DNA of 64,000 nt from a virus (lineage: Duplodnaviria > Heunggongvirae > Uroviricota > Caudoviricetes): the IMG/VR virus record IMGVR_UViG_3300029745_000341, positions 1 to 64,000 of that record; one strand, given 5' to 3'. Below the pieces are notes generated by a model that saw nothing but the letters and a program-made list of their open reading frames with translations, was not told where the DNA came from and ran no database searches. Positions 26,933 to 36,447 of the stretch are shown piece by piece. How positions within the stretch are numbered: position 1 is the stretch's first letter; every line of letters starts with the position of its first letter. Position numbers and translations under genes: made by a program.

Positions 26933-27948
26933 TGGTCCCGGAAACACATTTGCTATATAAGGAGTTTAATGGTGTGAAACGTCTTGCCATATCTTATTCC
27001 CAGATAGATACGTTTCTTACTTGTCCAATGAAATGGTATAAGACTTACGTAGAGGGTAAAAGGTCTACAGAAAAACAAGAAGCTACATCTTATGGTACGG
27101 TTATCCATAAAACACTGGAATACTTCTTTAAGAACGGAAGACAGCCTTCTGGTAAAGACCTTGGAGAAGCGATAAGTTACTATTCCTATCAAGAAGACAT
27201 ACCTTGGCAATCACCGGAAAATATGATGATAGCCATGAAACAATCTGGGGAGCTTCTTGCTTGGATTGTGGATCTGTTCAAAAAAGACGGCAATAGGTTT
27301 ATGATAGCTGATAGTGATCTTAATCCCTGTGAGAAACTTATCAGACACGGCGCTATAATTGGAGTCGAAGAAGATTTTGTGCTGCCGTATCGTCTTCCTA
27401 AGCCTGTTGATATAAATGGTGACGTTCATACACATGTGTACATAGTAGGATCGGTAGATCTTCATCTGGCTATAAAGAGCAAGAACGTAGTTCACCATTA
27501 TGTCATAGATTGGAAATCAGGTAATAAGGTTTTTGATTCTAAGAAGTTGGAAACGAATTTACAGCATCCTATATATTCGTTTTACATCTATAGAAAATAT
27601 GGTGGAGTTCTGCCAGATATGAACATCTATTTCTTTACCAGGACCAGACAATACCAAAAGGTTAAAGTGGATGAGGAACGTAAAACAAAATCTATAGAGA
27701 TGCTAAATGACACTTTATCTAAAATGTATGATTTTGAAGATAATAGTGTAAAATCATTTCAAGCGTACATCCAGGGAGCAGAAGGAGCCAGGTATAGCAA
27801 GCGGCGTGCCACCCTAAGCCAGCCTGTTTCGCAAAACAAGCTACCCTGCCCGTCGGCACTGTGTTATTATTGTGACTTTGGATTACATAACAAAAACGAA
27901 TGCCCTTTCTCTTCAGATTGGGATCCGTCTAAAAAGATAAAGCGATGA
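26929..27948 (+). CDS. Cas4/RecB-family PD-(D/E)XK exonuclease with Fe-S cluster cysteines
   Basis: SYSQIDTFLTCPMKWY (motif I plus first Cys), GSVDLH...VIDWKSG (D...DxK), and C-terminal CPSALCYYCDF...C (three more Cys). Confidence 0.8.
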   Translation: MMVPETHLLYKEFNGVKRLAISYSQIDTFLTCPMKWYKTYVEGKRSTEKQEATSYGTVIHKTLEYFFKNGRQPSGKDLGEAISYYSYQEDIPWQSPENMMIAMKQSGELLAWIVDLFKKDGNRFMIADSDLNPCEKLIRHGAIIGVEEDFVLPYRLPKPVDINGDVHTHVYIVGSVDLHLAIKSKNVVHHYVIDWKSGNKVFDSKKLETNLQHPIYSFYIYRKYGGVLPDMNIYFFTRTRQYQKVKVDEERKTKSIEMLNDTLSKMYDFEDNSVKSFQAYIQGAEGARYSKRRATLSQPVSQNKLPCPSALCYYCDFGLHNKNECPFSSDWDPSKKIKR

Positions 27949-28114
27949 AATACGAGGATGTTCAAAAGTTAAGAACAAAATACCGGCAAGATCCGGAAGT
28001 TATAAACTTGACATACATGAGAGACGTTGCTGTAAGATGCGGGAATTTTAAGAAAGCATTTGAGCTTCAGGAGAAGCTGGGGGATATATGGTTTAACTAC
28101 TTAAAGGGAGTCCA

Positions 28115-28438
28115 ATGAAAGAAGATCTAATATGTGGAGTAGCGATCCTTTTGTATTTAGTTTTATTATACTTACTCACGACAGCTTTCATAAAAACAGG
28201 TAGAGCAGTAGATCGTTATAAGATGAAGAAGAAAACTGACAAAATAAAAGTCGGTCAAAGATACGAACATAAGAACTACTTTGAGGATCCATTTGAAAGA
28301 GGCAAGCATGTGATTAAGATATTAGACGTAAAAGAAGGGTACGCTCTATATGAGTACGAAGAAAAACTATATATACGTTCTTCTGTGAGTCTTGAAGATA
28401 TTGCTAAAATATATGTTTTAATTACTGATATAAAATAA
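28115..28438 (+). CDS. Membrane-anchored hypothetical protein
   Basis: 107-aa ORF with an N-terminal TM helix. Confidence 0.4.
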   Translation: MKEDLICGVAILLYLVLLYLLTTAFIKTGRAVDRYKMKKKTDKIKVGQRYEHKNYFEDPFERGKHVIKILDVKEGYALYEYEEKLYIRSSVSLEDIAKIYVLITDIK

Positions 28439-28444
28439 GGGATT

Positions 28445-28831
28445 ATGGAAAAGAAAGTCACAATCAAAGAAGGAATGGATATTTTTTACAAAAATGCAGG
28501 GAAAGATATATGGGTCTATATTGGACTTTTTGGAAACAAAGTGCTATCCATTTTAAAAAACAAAGGTGTTATTGCATGCGAAAACGATGCTGAATATTGT
28601 GTGTTGATGGATGGAGAAGATCATTTTATAAGTATAGCAAAAGACATGAGTCACGACTATTGTTGTGAGTACGTTGTAGAAAGAGCAGAAGCCTACAGAG
28701 ACTACCCCTCCAAAGGTGCTACATGCAGTGTATGCCTGTTTGAAGATAATGAGAATAAAGCAAGGGAGATGTTGAAAGAGGCGATAATAGAACTTTCAAA
28801 AAATAATATAATAGATTGTGATGGGCTTTGA
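28445..28831 (+). CDS. Hypothetical protein
   Basis: 128-aa ORF. Confidence 0.45.
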   Translation: MEKKVTIKEGMDIFYKNAGKDIWVYIGLFGNKVLSILKNKGVIACENDAEYCVLMDGEDHFISIAKDMSHDYCCEYVVERAEAYRDYPSKGATCSVCLFEDNENKAREMLKEAIIELSKNNIIDCDGL

Positions 28832-30242
28832 ACTTAGACCTTACCAAAAAGAGGCAGTAGATGCCGGGCTTAAGTTTCTTACAGGAAGATCTAAGAAGCC
28901 TGGCATAATCGTAGCCCCATGCGGATGTGGAAAGAGCCTTCTGATATCCAAGATAGCACATGAAATAAATAGACCGACATTAGTATTACAGCCCTCAAAA
29001 GAGATTCTGGAGCAGAATTATGCAAAGGCCGTATCATTCGGTTCTAAACCTACTATATATTCTGCTTCATGTGGTATAAAGGAGCTGTCGGCTATGACTT
29101 ATGCAACATTAAAGAGCATAAAGAAAGATGTAGCGAGGTTGAAGGATATAGGGATAGATACCTTATTGATAGACGAATGTCATTCAGGATATTCTCCTGA
29201 AGAAGGTTCTGAATTTATGGAGTTTATGAACAGGTTCCCAGAGGCGAAGGTGCTGGGCTTCACCGCCACTCCCTGCCGCCTCAGAACCTACAGTTCCATG
29301 CTGGAAGGAAACTATAGCAAGCTCAATATGCTGACGAAAGACGAGCATAATTTCTTCAAGAAAATAGTTCATGTGACTCAAATACAAGAACTAACCTCTC
29401 AAGGGTTTTGGTGTCCACTTAAGTACGAACGATGGTCGTTTGATGAATCGGCTCTGATGTTAAACAGTACCGGAGCTGAATACACCAACGAATCTATTAA
29501 AGAAAGTATTGTACGAAACGGCTTAAACAACTCTATCTACAAGCGCCTTCTTCAACTTATGAACGAACGTAAAGCCATTTTGGTCTGTATGGATTCTATC
29601 GAATCATGTAATAGAATATCAGAGTTCATGAATGCCAGGATGGGAGCCATAACCGGTGTCGTAACATCGCTAACAACCAAAAAGAAAAGAGAACAAATTA
29701 TATCCGATTTCAAAGAAGGTAAGTTGAAGGTGGTTTTTAATTATTCAACGCTTGCTACCGGATTTGACTTTCCTGAACTTGATTGTGTGATGTTTGGTCG
29801 ACCAACGTTCTCATATTCAACGTATTACCAAATATTAGGCCGAGCCGTCCGCATCCATCCTGACAAGAAAGAGGCGCTGATAGTTGATTGCTGCGACAAC
29901 ATGAGGCGTTTCGGTCGGATAGAAGACTTGACAATCGAACAATTCCCTTCTAAGGGCTGGTGTATGTTTGCCGGAGATCAACTTCTGTCTAATATAAGGA
30001 TGGGTGATATTATTACCAAAGACGAGATCCTTCGCCGGGCAGCCTCGCTTAAATCTGTGAATGGAGATGGTAGGAGAGAAGACGATCTTGACAGTATAAT
30101 AATGTGGTTTGGAAAATATGAAGGAATTAGATTCAAGGACATACCAGTGTCGTATTTTAGGTTCTTGGCTGAGAATATGGCAGTAAAACCAGGAGACAGG
30201 AAAGAAAAGATTATCGAATATTATAATAAGATAAAGGCATGA
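28818..30242 (+). CDS. Superfamily-2 DEAD/DEAH-box (Res-subunit-like) DNA helicase
   Basis: LRPYQKEAV (Q-motif), APCGCGKS (Walker A), LLIDECH (DEAH box), and C-terminal helicase motifs. Confidence 0.85.
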   Translation: MMGFELRPYQKEAVDAGLKFLTGRSKKPGIIVAPCGCGKSLLISKIAHEINRPTLVLQPSKEILEQNYAKAVSFGSKPTIYSASCGIKELSAMTYATLKSIKKDVARLKDIGIDTLLIDECHSGYSPEEGSEFMEFMNRFPEAKVLGFTATPCRLRTYSSMLEGNYSKLNMLTKDEHNFFKKIVHVTQIQELTSQGFWCPLKYERWSFDESALMLNSTGAEYTNESIKESIVRNGLNNSIYKRLLQLMNERKAILVCMDSIESCNRISEFMNARMGAITGVVTSLTTKKKREQIISDFKEGKLKVVFNYSTLATGFDFPELDCVMFGRPTFSYSTYYQILGRAVRIHPDKKEALIVDCCDNMRRFGRIEDLTIEQFPSKGWCMFAGDQLLSNIRMGDIITKDEILRRAASLKSVNGDGRREDDLDSIIMWFGKYEGIRFKDIPVSYFRFLAENMAVKPGDRKEKIIEYYNKIKA

Positions 30243-30595
30243 ACAACAAGAGAAGAAAAAAAATATCGGATGTTATTAACAACGTAAATAAGTATAAAAC
30301 AGATTTTGAATACATCAAATCAAAGTTGTCGGAGTTGAAGCACAACATAAATTCAGCCAAAGATGATGTTGATATGATTTTAGATGAAGAGACTGAGGCG
30401 AGAGATAATATACCGGAATCGTTACAAGACTCAGAAAGATATTGGGAATCAGATCAGGCTGTAACTGATATGGAGGAGGTGGTTGATGACATGGAAAGTA
30501 TTATAAATGATATAGATGATGTGATTTCAACCATAGATGGGAGCATTAAAACCATAAATGGTTCTATTAAAGTAAATTTGGAAGGAGTAATATAA
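30239..30595 (+). CDS. Acidic coiled-coil protein
   Basis: 118-aa ORF. Confidence 0.45.
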   Translation: MNNKRRKKISDVINNVNKYKTDFEYIKSKLSELKHNINSAKDDVDMILDEETEARDNIPESLQDSERYWESDQAVTDMEEVVDDMESIINDIDDVISTIDGSIKTINGSIKVNLEGVI

Positions 30596-30901
30596 ATGAA
30601 AACAAATGAATTAAGGGAAATACTTAAATTGTATGGTCTTCAACATGATGTTGTTATCAACAAAAGTTCAAGAAGGTATTCTATTATCTTAGATAATAAC
30701 ATAATAGGAACCAATCACGACAAAGAGAGGGTGGTTGTGTTCCGTCCTATACCGGAAGGGAAAAACACATTCTGCATGGAGCGAGATAGGTTCTACACGG
30801 AGTTTGAAGAAGCTTTTGATGATGATAAAGCCATAGAAGCCGTAAGACAATATTTTGAAAACAATAAAACAGAAAGTCATGAACGAAAACGAAATATTTA
30901 G
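30596..30901 (+). CDS. Hypothetical protein
   Basis: 101-aa ORF. Confidence 0.4.
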   Translation: MKTNELREILKLYGLQHDVVINKSSRRYSIILDNNIIGTNHDKERVVVFRPIPEGKNTFCMERDRFYTEFEEAFDDDKAIEAVRQYFENNKTESHERKRNI

Positions 30902-31220
30902 ATTAAAGGGCAGAATAGCCATATCCAACCTATCACGTGAGGACAAGGATATGATAAATAGCATCCTTGATGGTATCAATAAAAAGGATGAAGAAGAAAA
31001 AGGATATCTCTATACCGTGAGAGTAAAACTAAACAACGGAAGGGTTGTGCATGCTACTTTATTTTTTAAAGACAAGAAAGGCCCTACATTTGAAGATTTA
31101 AAGAAGGAGCTTGATGACATGGGAGTTAAAAATGATAGTTATAGCAATAACGGCATAATTATCATTAACCGCATTGTCATGAGCGGAGAAGAATTTGACC
31201 GCTTTGCAAAAGAAAAATGA
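30879..31220 (+). CDS. Hypothetical protein
   Basis: Start at the internal ATG (MNENEIFRL) reduces overlap with the upstream gene. Confidence 0.4.
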   Translation: MNENEIFRLKGRIAISNLSREDKDMINSILDGINKKDEEEKGYLYTVRVKLNNGRVVHATLFFKDKKGPTFEDLKKELDDMGVKNDSYSNNGIIIINRIVMSGEEFDRFAKEK

Positions 31221-31264
31221 TGGACTATATTATTATATCAAATAATTAAAACAACGATAAAACA

Positions 31265-31822
31265 ATGGAAAAGATGGACAATAATACTAAAAACATCCTT
31301 TATCCAAAAGGATCTATTTTTCGCATGTTGGAAAGTGATGTAATCAGTTCCGAATTAGAAATAGCCAGAGGAGCTATAGTGGAGGCAGTATCAGACATAG
31401 AGGTAGATGATGAATATGCTGAGGTTTGTTGCAATGGAGAGACGTTTATCGTAGGAACGGACATTATGGGTATTATTCCTGTCAAAGTATCCAGAGAAAA
31501 CAAATCGGAGAAAAATGACATCATTGACGATAAACTACGATGGGATTTACTTCCAATGGAAGAGATTGAGGACATTGTAAAAGTCTATCATGCTGGTGCA
31601 AAGAAGTACGGACCCAATAAATGGCAGAACCTTGACAACGGGTTTGAACGGTATCGTGCTGCGGCTGCCAGACACCTAATGGAATACATGAAAGGGGAAA
31701 GAATAGACTCAGATACAGGATGTTTTCATCTTGCACAATGTGCATGGAACTGTATAGCTATGCTGTGGTATGACAAGCATGGAAAAGGGTTGATACCATT
31801 AAACAAGGAGGAAAAGAAATGA
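31265..31822 (+). CDS. Hypothetical protein, possibly a nucleotide pyrophosphohydrolase-associated (DUF5664 / dGTP-diphosphohydrolase-N-like) domain
   Basis: WDLLPMEEIEDIVKVYHAGAKKYGPNKWQN...HLAQCAWN resembles that family. This is recalled from memory and is low certainty. Confidence 0.5.
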   Translation: MEKMDNNTKNILYPKGSIFRMLESDVISSELEIARGAIVEAVSDIEVDDEYAEVCCNGETFIVGTDIMGIIPVKVSRENKSEKNDIIDDKLRWDLLPMEEIEDIVKVYHAGAKKYGPNKWQNLDNGFERYRAAAARHLMEYMKGERIDSDTGCFHLAQCAWNCIAMLWYDKHGKGLIPLNKEEKK

Positions 31823-32127
31823 CAATAGAACAACTAAATTATTTATTAAGAAACGAGCTTTATGCTATAAAAAATCATAAAGACAATATTGATAGAATCA
31901 AAAAAGAATACTTTGATTCCAATTATGGGTTAAAAGAAGGAGATAAGATCCGTATTTTACACGAAACAGGAGATGAAATGATAGGCTTCTTGAAAAAAGT
32001 TGAAGTATGTGAAGACGGAGATCTGTACTTGACAATCCAAAAACAAAACGAAAAAGGTGACAGAGGCAGAGGAACATGGAATATGTATCTATCATCAAAA
32101 TCAATTAAAATTGAAAAATGTGTATAA
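31819..32127 (+). CDS. Hypothetical protein
   Basis: 102-aa ORF. Confidence 0.4.
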   Translation: MTIEQLNYLLRNELYAIKNHKDNIDRIKKEYFDSNYGLKEGDKIRILHETGDEMIGFLKKVEVCEDGDLYLTIQKQNEKGDRGRGTWNMYLSSKSIKIEKCV

Positions 32128-32131
32128 TGCC

Positions 32132-33259
32132 ATGAGAGTGTTAAGTTTATTTGACGGAATGTCATGTAGTCAAATAGCGCTAAAAGAAATAGGGATCACA
32201 CCTGAAGTATATTATGCATCAGAAATAGATAAGTTTGCTATTAAACAAACGCAATTAAATTTCCCTAATACTATACAAGTAGGAGATGTAAGGGATTTGA
32301 ATGTAGAAGATCTTGGACACATAGATCTTATTTTATCCGGCAGCCCATGTACGGATATGTCCTTTTCTGGAAAAAGAAAAGGGTTGTCTACCGTAGAAGG
32401 AATAGAAATCAAATCACTTAATGAGTATCTTGAATTAAAAAAACAAGGATTTGAGTTTTCCGGTCAGTCTTACTTATTCTGGGAGTTTATCCGTATTTTG
32501 AATGATGCAAGAAAAACCAATCCCGAGGTATTGTTTCTTCTTGAGAACGTTAAGATAGGAAAGAAATGGGAGCTGGTATTTGATGATGCTATAGGGTGTA
32601 AAGGCAATCATATTAATTCAGCGCTTGTTTCCGCTCAAACCAGGAAACGTATTTATTGGACTAATATTCAAGGCGGAATTATCCCTCAACCTAAAGACGA
32701 AGGTTTGACTATAAGTGATATAGCGGAATATGAAGTAGATGAAAAATATTACTTATCTGAAAAAGTTTTAAACAATTTAACTTTTCACTTGAAAATAAAT
32801 CACGACAGGGGAAATTATTATGGAGCTAATATTAAAACAAAAGATGAGAAATCCAATACTGTTACCGTAAAGGGTAAATACATGTACGATCTTATTTGTG
32901 TAGCAACGAGAGGTAGGAATCCAGAAAAACCTACATGTAGAGAATATGGTCTTAAAACAGTTCAGAAAGATAATCTTATTTTCCAAATACCAAGAGGATT
33001 TAACAAAGGTGGATTTCATGAAGATAAGGCTCCAACATTATCTTGTAATTCATATGATAGAAACAATTTTATCATACAGAGAGCATTACATGGCGATTTC
33101 AAAATAAGAAGATTAACCCCTACAGAGTGCTCCAGGTTACAGACTGTACCAGATTGGTATAAATGGGAATGCAGCGAAACCCAACAGTACAAGATGTTGG
33201 GAAACGGGTGGACTATTAAAGTGATTGAACATATACTTAAAAGAATAAAAGAATCATGA
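32132..33259 (+). CDS. dcm: DNA cytosine-5 methyltransferase
   Basis: Motif I LSLFDGMSC, motif IV GSPCTDMS (PC), and the ENV motif LLENVK. Start set at MRVLSLFDG. Confidence 0.85.
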   Translation: MRVLSLFDGMSCSQIALKEIGITPEVYYASEIDKFAIKQTQLNFPNTIQVGDVRDLNVEDLGHIDLILSGSPCTDMSFSGKRKGLSTVEGIEIKSLNEYLELKKQGFEFSGQSYLFWEFIRILNDARKTNPEVLFLLENVKIGKKWELVFDDAIGCKGNHINSALVSAQTRKRIYWTNIQGGIIPQPKDEGLTISDIAEYEVDEKYYLSEKVLNNLTFHLKINHDRGNYYGANIKTKDEKSNTVTVKGKYMYDLICVATRGRNPEKPTCREYGLKTVQKDNLIFQIPRGFNKGGFHEDKAPTLSCNSYDRNNFIIQRALHGDFKIRRLTPTECSRLQTVPDWYKWECSETQQYKMLGNGWTIKVIEHILKRIKES

Positions 33260-33798
33260 TTAAAGCAAGATTTTACATTAAAAAATCCGATTGCGGTAAC
33301 GACTACCGTCCAGTCAAATGGCCTATAAAATATCCATATTGGTGTAGTGGTGAATCCGATGATTCATTCATACTTGTAGTGTATGCCGAAGACGAAGACA
33401 GCATAAAAGAGCTGTGGCCGGAAGCATACGATATTAATGTCTTAGAAAAAGATACTGAGGTTAAATTCACATTAAGATTTCCTAAGCCTAAATGGTATGA
33501 ATTGCAAGAAGAGAGATTAGAAGAGTATGATAAATTATATGGTAAATTCGTATGGGTTACGGACATGTGTCTAAAAGATGGGAAAATAAGAAAGGTAAAA
33601 GCCAGAATAGAAGATTGTGGTGGTCTTTTATTAGCCGACACTCCTGGTCGTTACACCCCTTATCAGATAGGGGATTGTGCTTTTGAAAGCAAGGAAGAGG
33701 CTTTAAAACATGCAGAGGAACAGAGAACGGATTTAATTAAGTCTCTTAGGTTACAAATACTCGAACTTGAAAATCTAAAATTTGAATGCGATGATTAA
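33256..33798 (+). CDS. Hypothetical protein
   Basis: 180-aa ORF. Confidence 0.5.
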   Translation: MIKARFYIKKSDCGNDYRPVKWPIKYPYWCSGESDDSFILVVYAEDEDSIKELWPEAYDINVLEKDTEVKFTLRFPKPKWYELQEERLEEYDKLYGKFVWVTDMCLKDGKIRKVKARIEDCGGLLLADTPGRYTPYQIGDCAFESKEEALKHAEEQRTDLIKSLRLQILELENLKFECDD

Positions 33799-34504
33799 TT
33801 ACGCGGCAAAAGCCAGAAAAGCTTATTTGATAAACAATTTCGATAAGATTCTTAACAGTCTTAACACGCTTCATTCAACGGTTGAGACCATGACGTTGTT
33901 CGTAAACGACCAGGCTTATAATTACATTCTTAAGCTAAAGGAAGTAATTAAAACCAGTCCTATGTATAAGCACAATATCAAGCGTCTTTTAAATGACATG
34001 GACAAAGAGATAAAGAGGTACAATGCTTCTATCTACTACATAAATAAAGAGCGTAGTGAGGTTATAGCTGATATAACACAAGCGATGGAAGATTGCCTCA
34101 TGCCATACATAGACGATCTGGCCGGCGCTATAAGGGCAGCCGTGTGGTCGAGGGGTGTGTCCGAGGAGCGGACGGAAGCGGCGGTACTGTCCCTAATCGT
34201 ATCCTCCTTGGCCACGACATCAGGCAGACTTATCTCAGGTGGATATCAGATCATGAAAGAAATGGGTGGAGGTCAAGGTGGTAATCCATTTACGTTTATG
34301 AGCATTGATAAGATAAGACACTTATCTACATCATTATCTGATGCTATTACCGGTGGAGAAATAGCTCTTGAAGAAAAAGAAGCCAATGACATAACTAAGG
34401 CAATGGATGTTTTTATTGAGAAAATGTCTGATTCGGATATCGTCGATAAAGTAATCAGCATACTCGAAGAGGCTGAGTCTAAAAATAAGGAGGAGCGATC
34501 ATGA
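33782..34504 (+). CDS. Hypothetical protein
   Basis: 240-aa ORF. Confidence 0.5.
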   Translation: MNAMINYAAKARKAYLINNFDKILNSLNTLHSTVETMTLFVNDQAYNYILKLKEVIKTSPMYKHNIKRLLNDMDKEIKRYNASIYYINKERSEVIADITQAMEDCLMPYIDDLAGAIRAAVWSRGVSEERTEAAVLSLIVSSLATTSGRLISGGYQIMKEMGGGQGGNPFTFMSIDKIRHLSTSLSDAITGGEIALEEKEANDITKAMDVFIEKMSDSDIVDKVISILEEAESKNKEERS

Positions 34505-34692
34505 ATTATTTGGATGGATATGTAGAAGAAGTTCTTTCCGAGCCGTACTATGATGATTACGGCTCTGGTATTTTTAGGTGGTGGGTGAAAGTATCTTACG
34601 TTTGTGAAGGTATAGGAGCTGTCACTACCTTAATGTTTGATACGAGAGAAGAAGCGGAAGCTGTAAAAACAGGTTATAAATTTTTATGTTGA
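34501..34692 (+). CDS. Hypothetical protein
   Basis: 63-aa ORF with an ATGA overlap. Confidence 0.35.
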   Translation: MNYLDGYVEEVLSEPYYDDYGSGIFRWWVKVSYVCEGIGAVTTLMFDTREEAEAVKTGYKFLC

Positions 34693-34699
34693 AAATAAC

Positions 34700-34948
34700 A
34701 TGAGGTATTTTGTTTTATTGATGGCACTTGTGTTATCATCATGTTCGCATGATGATAGTCAGGTTAATAACGGATGGGTTATATATGATTTACGTCCTTT
34801 ACAGGGTGGGCGTGTGATGTATTATGGTGAAGACGGAGGATTTTCAATATTTAACAGTAATAGACTTATAAAATTCGTTGGATACCAAGGGGAATACAAT
34901 ATAGGAGATTCTATTAAGATCATAAAAGTGAAACAATATGGAAAATAA
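34700..34948 (+). CDS. Putative lipoprotein
   Basis: Signal peptide MRYFVLLMALVLSSC with a lipobox. Confidence 0.45.
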   Translation: MRYFVLLMALVLSSCSHDDSQVNNGWVIYDLRPLQGGRVMYYGEDGGFSIFNSNRLIKFVGYQGEYNIGDSIKIIKVKQYGK

Positions 34949-35426
34949 TTTAAAACTCGTATGTCCAAAATGTGGCACTCCTCACCAGCCTCATTCTCCG
35001 CACACGATGGATGCAGATGGATTTGAAAGGTGTGAGATAAGAACTGTCATGGAAGACAGGGGGTGGTGCTACGAATGCTCTTTTTGGCAAAATATGTACG
35101 ACAAGCACAAAGACGATCCAGGATGGGTTAGGATAGACGGCTTAAGCTGGGTGCTTAAGCCTATGGTGGAAAACGTACCGAGCGGATGGAACAGCCTTGG
35201 ATGCGGTGGAAGAAAAATGTATATCAATATCGAAGGGAAAGGCATTGTTGTATCAAATAACTGCTGGTGCCAAGGTGATGTTTCGGATGCATTTAAGGAT
35301 CTGATGCCTGATAATGCCACTTGGGCTACGAAGGAGGAATTTGACAAAGCTCCTGTAGTAGGATATATTATAGAAGGTATTGGTTTAGTTTTCACAGATA
35401 GGGAAGGTCATAAAGCTAATGCTTAG
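34938..35426 (+). CDS. Zinc-ribbon protein
   Basis: 162-aa ORF with CPKCG...CYEC. Confidence 0.5.
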   Translation: MENNLKLVCPKCGTPHQPHSPHTMDADGFERCEIRTVMEDRGWCYECSFWQNMYDKHKDDPGWVRIDGLSWVLKPMVENVPSGWNSLGCGGRKMYINIEGKGIVVSNNCWCQGDVSDAFKDLMPDNATWATKEEFDKAPVVGYIIEGIGLVFTDREGHKANA

Positions 35427-35667
35427 GAATCTATTTCATGTTCCTATTAGAATATTTGAAAGGAAATTAACTAATGGGGAAATAGAATATTGGTGCCAAT
35501 ATCAAAACATTTTTGGGAAATGGAAAAACAGAATAAAATATAATATGTTTGGCGTGTCGTATTATGCTGTTTTTTATTCATTCGAAGATGCGTATGAATT
35601 TAATTATGGTGAGAAAGAAGAAGGAAAGGTAAAGGTAGTGGACTCTTGTTACAAGAGAAGATGGTAA
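35419..35667 (+). CDS. Hypothetical protein
   Basis: 82-aa ORF. It is the last gene of the plus-strand block. Confidence 0.4.
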   Translation: MLRNLFHVPIRIFERKLTNGEIEYWCQYQNIFGKWKNRIKYNMFGVSYYAVFYSFEDAYEFNYGEKEEGKVKVVDSCYKRRW

Positions 35668-35674
35668 CTACAAT

Positions 35675-35711
35675 AATCCCCGGCCATACAATAGGTGTAC
35701 GGTTGGGGATT
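35675..35711. terminator. Imperfect long hairpin between the convergent gene blocks (AATCCCCGGCCATACA...TGTACGGTTGGGGATT)
   Basis: Seen directly. Its position between convergent blocks would fit a bidirectional terminator, but no clear U-tract follows. Confidence 0.35.
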
Positions 35712-35781
35712 ATTGTAATATATGATTAATAACCGTCTTATCTTATACTAATACATTTTAGTACTATTTTTATATCTTTTA

Positions 35782-36267
35782 TTATAATTCCACATAGGTA
35801 TCAATAGGGACAAAGCTGCCAATTGTACTTATCTTATATATTGAATGAATAAGGTGAGTACTTGGACTTAATTTCAGTTGAGGTACTTGATTGGATCCTT
35901 CTGTAATAAAGAAATAATAAAAAACGTCTCCAATCGTAAACTGTAATATAATATCACCTGTTACCTGTCCTTCATTAAAGTAAGCCTGGATATATTGTCC
36001 AGAATTTGATATCGTACAACTTATAGGATTACCGCCCATCGTACATACCTTGCTATTATTAATTTCATCTAAAACATAGGAAGCCGCCATAGTTGCTCCA
36101 TTAGATCGGTATCTACAACCAAGAATAGGTACAGGATTTCGCCATGTGGTTGTAGGGGCCGAAATCGAACAAGCAAAAACAGGGATCTTGACGCCGGCAA
36201 CTGTCTTAATATTTTCAAATCTTCTTCTCATAATTCTTGTTTGCAAGATAGCAATAATTGACAACAT
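35782..36267 (-). CDS. Hypothetical protein, last gene of the minus-strand late block
   Basis: Track ORF 35782..36363. Its first 32 codons overlap a terminator hairpin, so the start is probably at M33 (36267) or M46 (36228). Confidence 0.45.
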   Translation of the reverse strand: MLSIIAILQTRIMRRRFENIKTVAGVKIPVFACSISAPTTTWRNPVPILGCRYRSNGATMAASYVLDEINNSKVCTMGGNPISCTISNSGQYIQAYFNEGQVTGDIILQFTIGDVFYYFFITEGSNQVPQLKLSPSTHLIHSIYKISTIGSFVPIDTYVEL

Positions 36268-36308
36268 AAAAGAAACCGGTTCCCTATCATCTCTGACTGA
36301 GAACCGGT
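36262..36308 (-). terminator. Rho-independent terminator downstream of the 2140-aa gene (ACCGGTTC...GAACCGGT followed by TTTCTTTTAT on the minus strand)
   Basis: 8-9-bp perfect stem followed by a U-tract, 140 nt after the giant ORF's stop. Confidence 0.5.
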
Positions 36309-36447
36309 AAGAAAACAATTTCAGAAAAAAATTAAACCTACATAATCTTTCAAGTAAGAACAAAAAAAACGTACAATCTACTCTTTGACGATGCTAATAT
36401 AACATATTGGAATCATACAAAAACAATGCAAGTCCGATATTCTTCGT

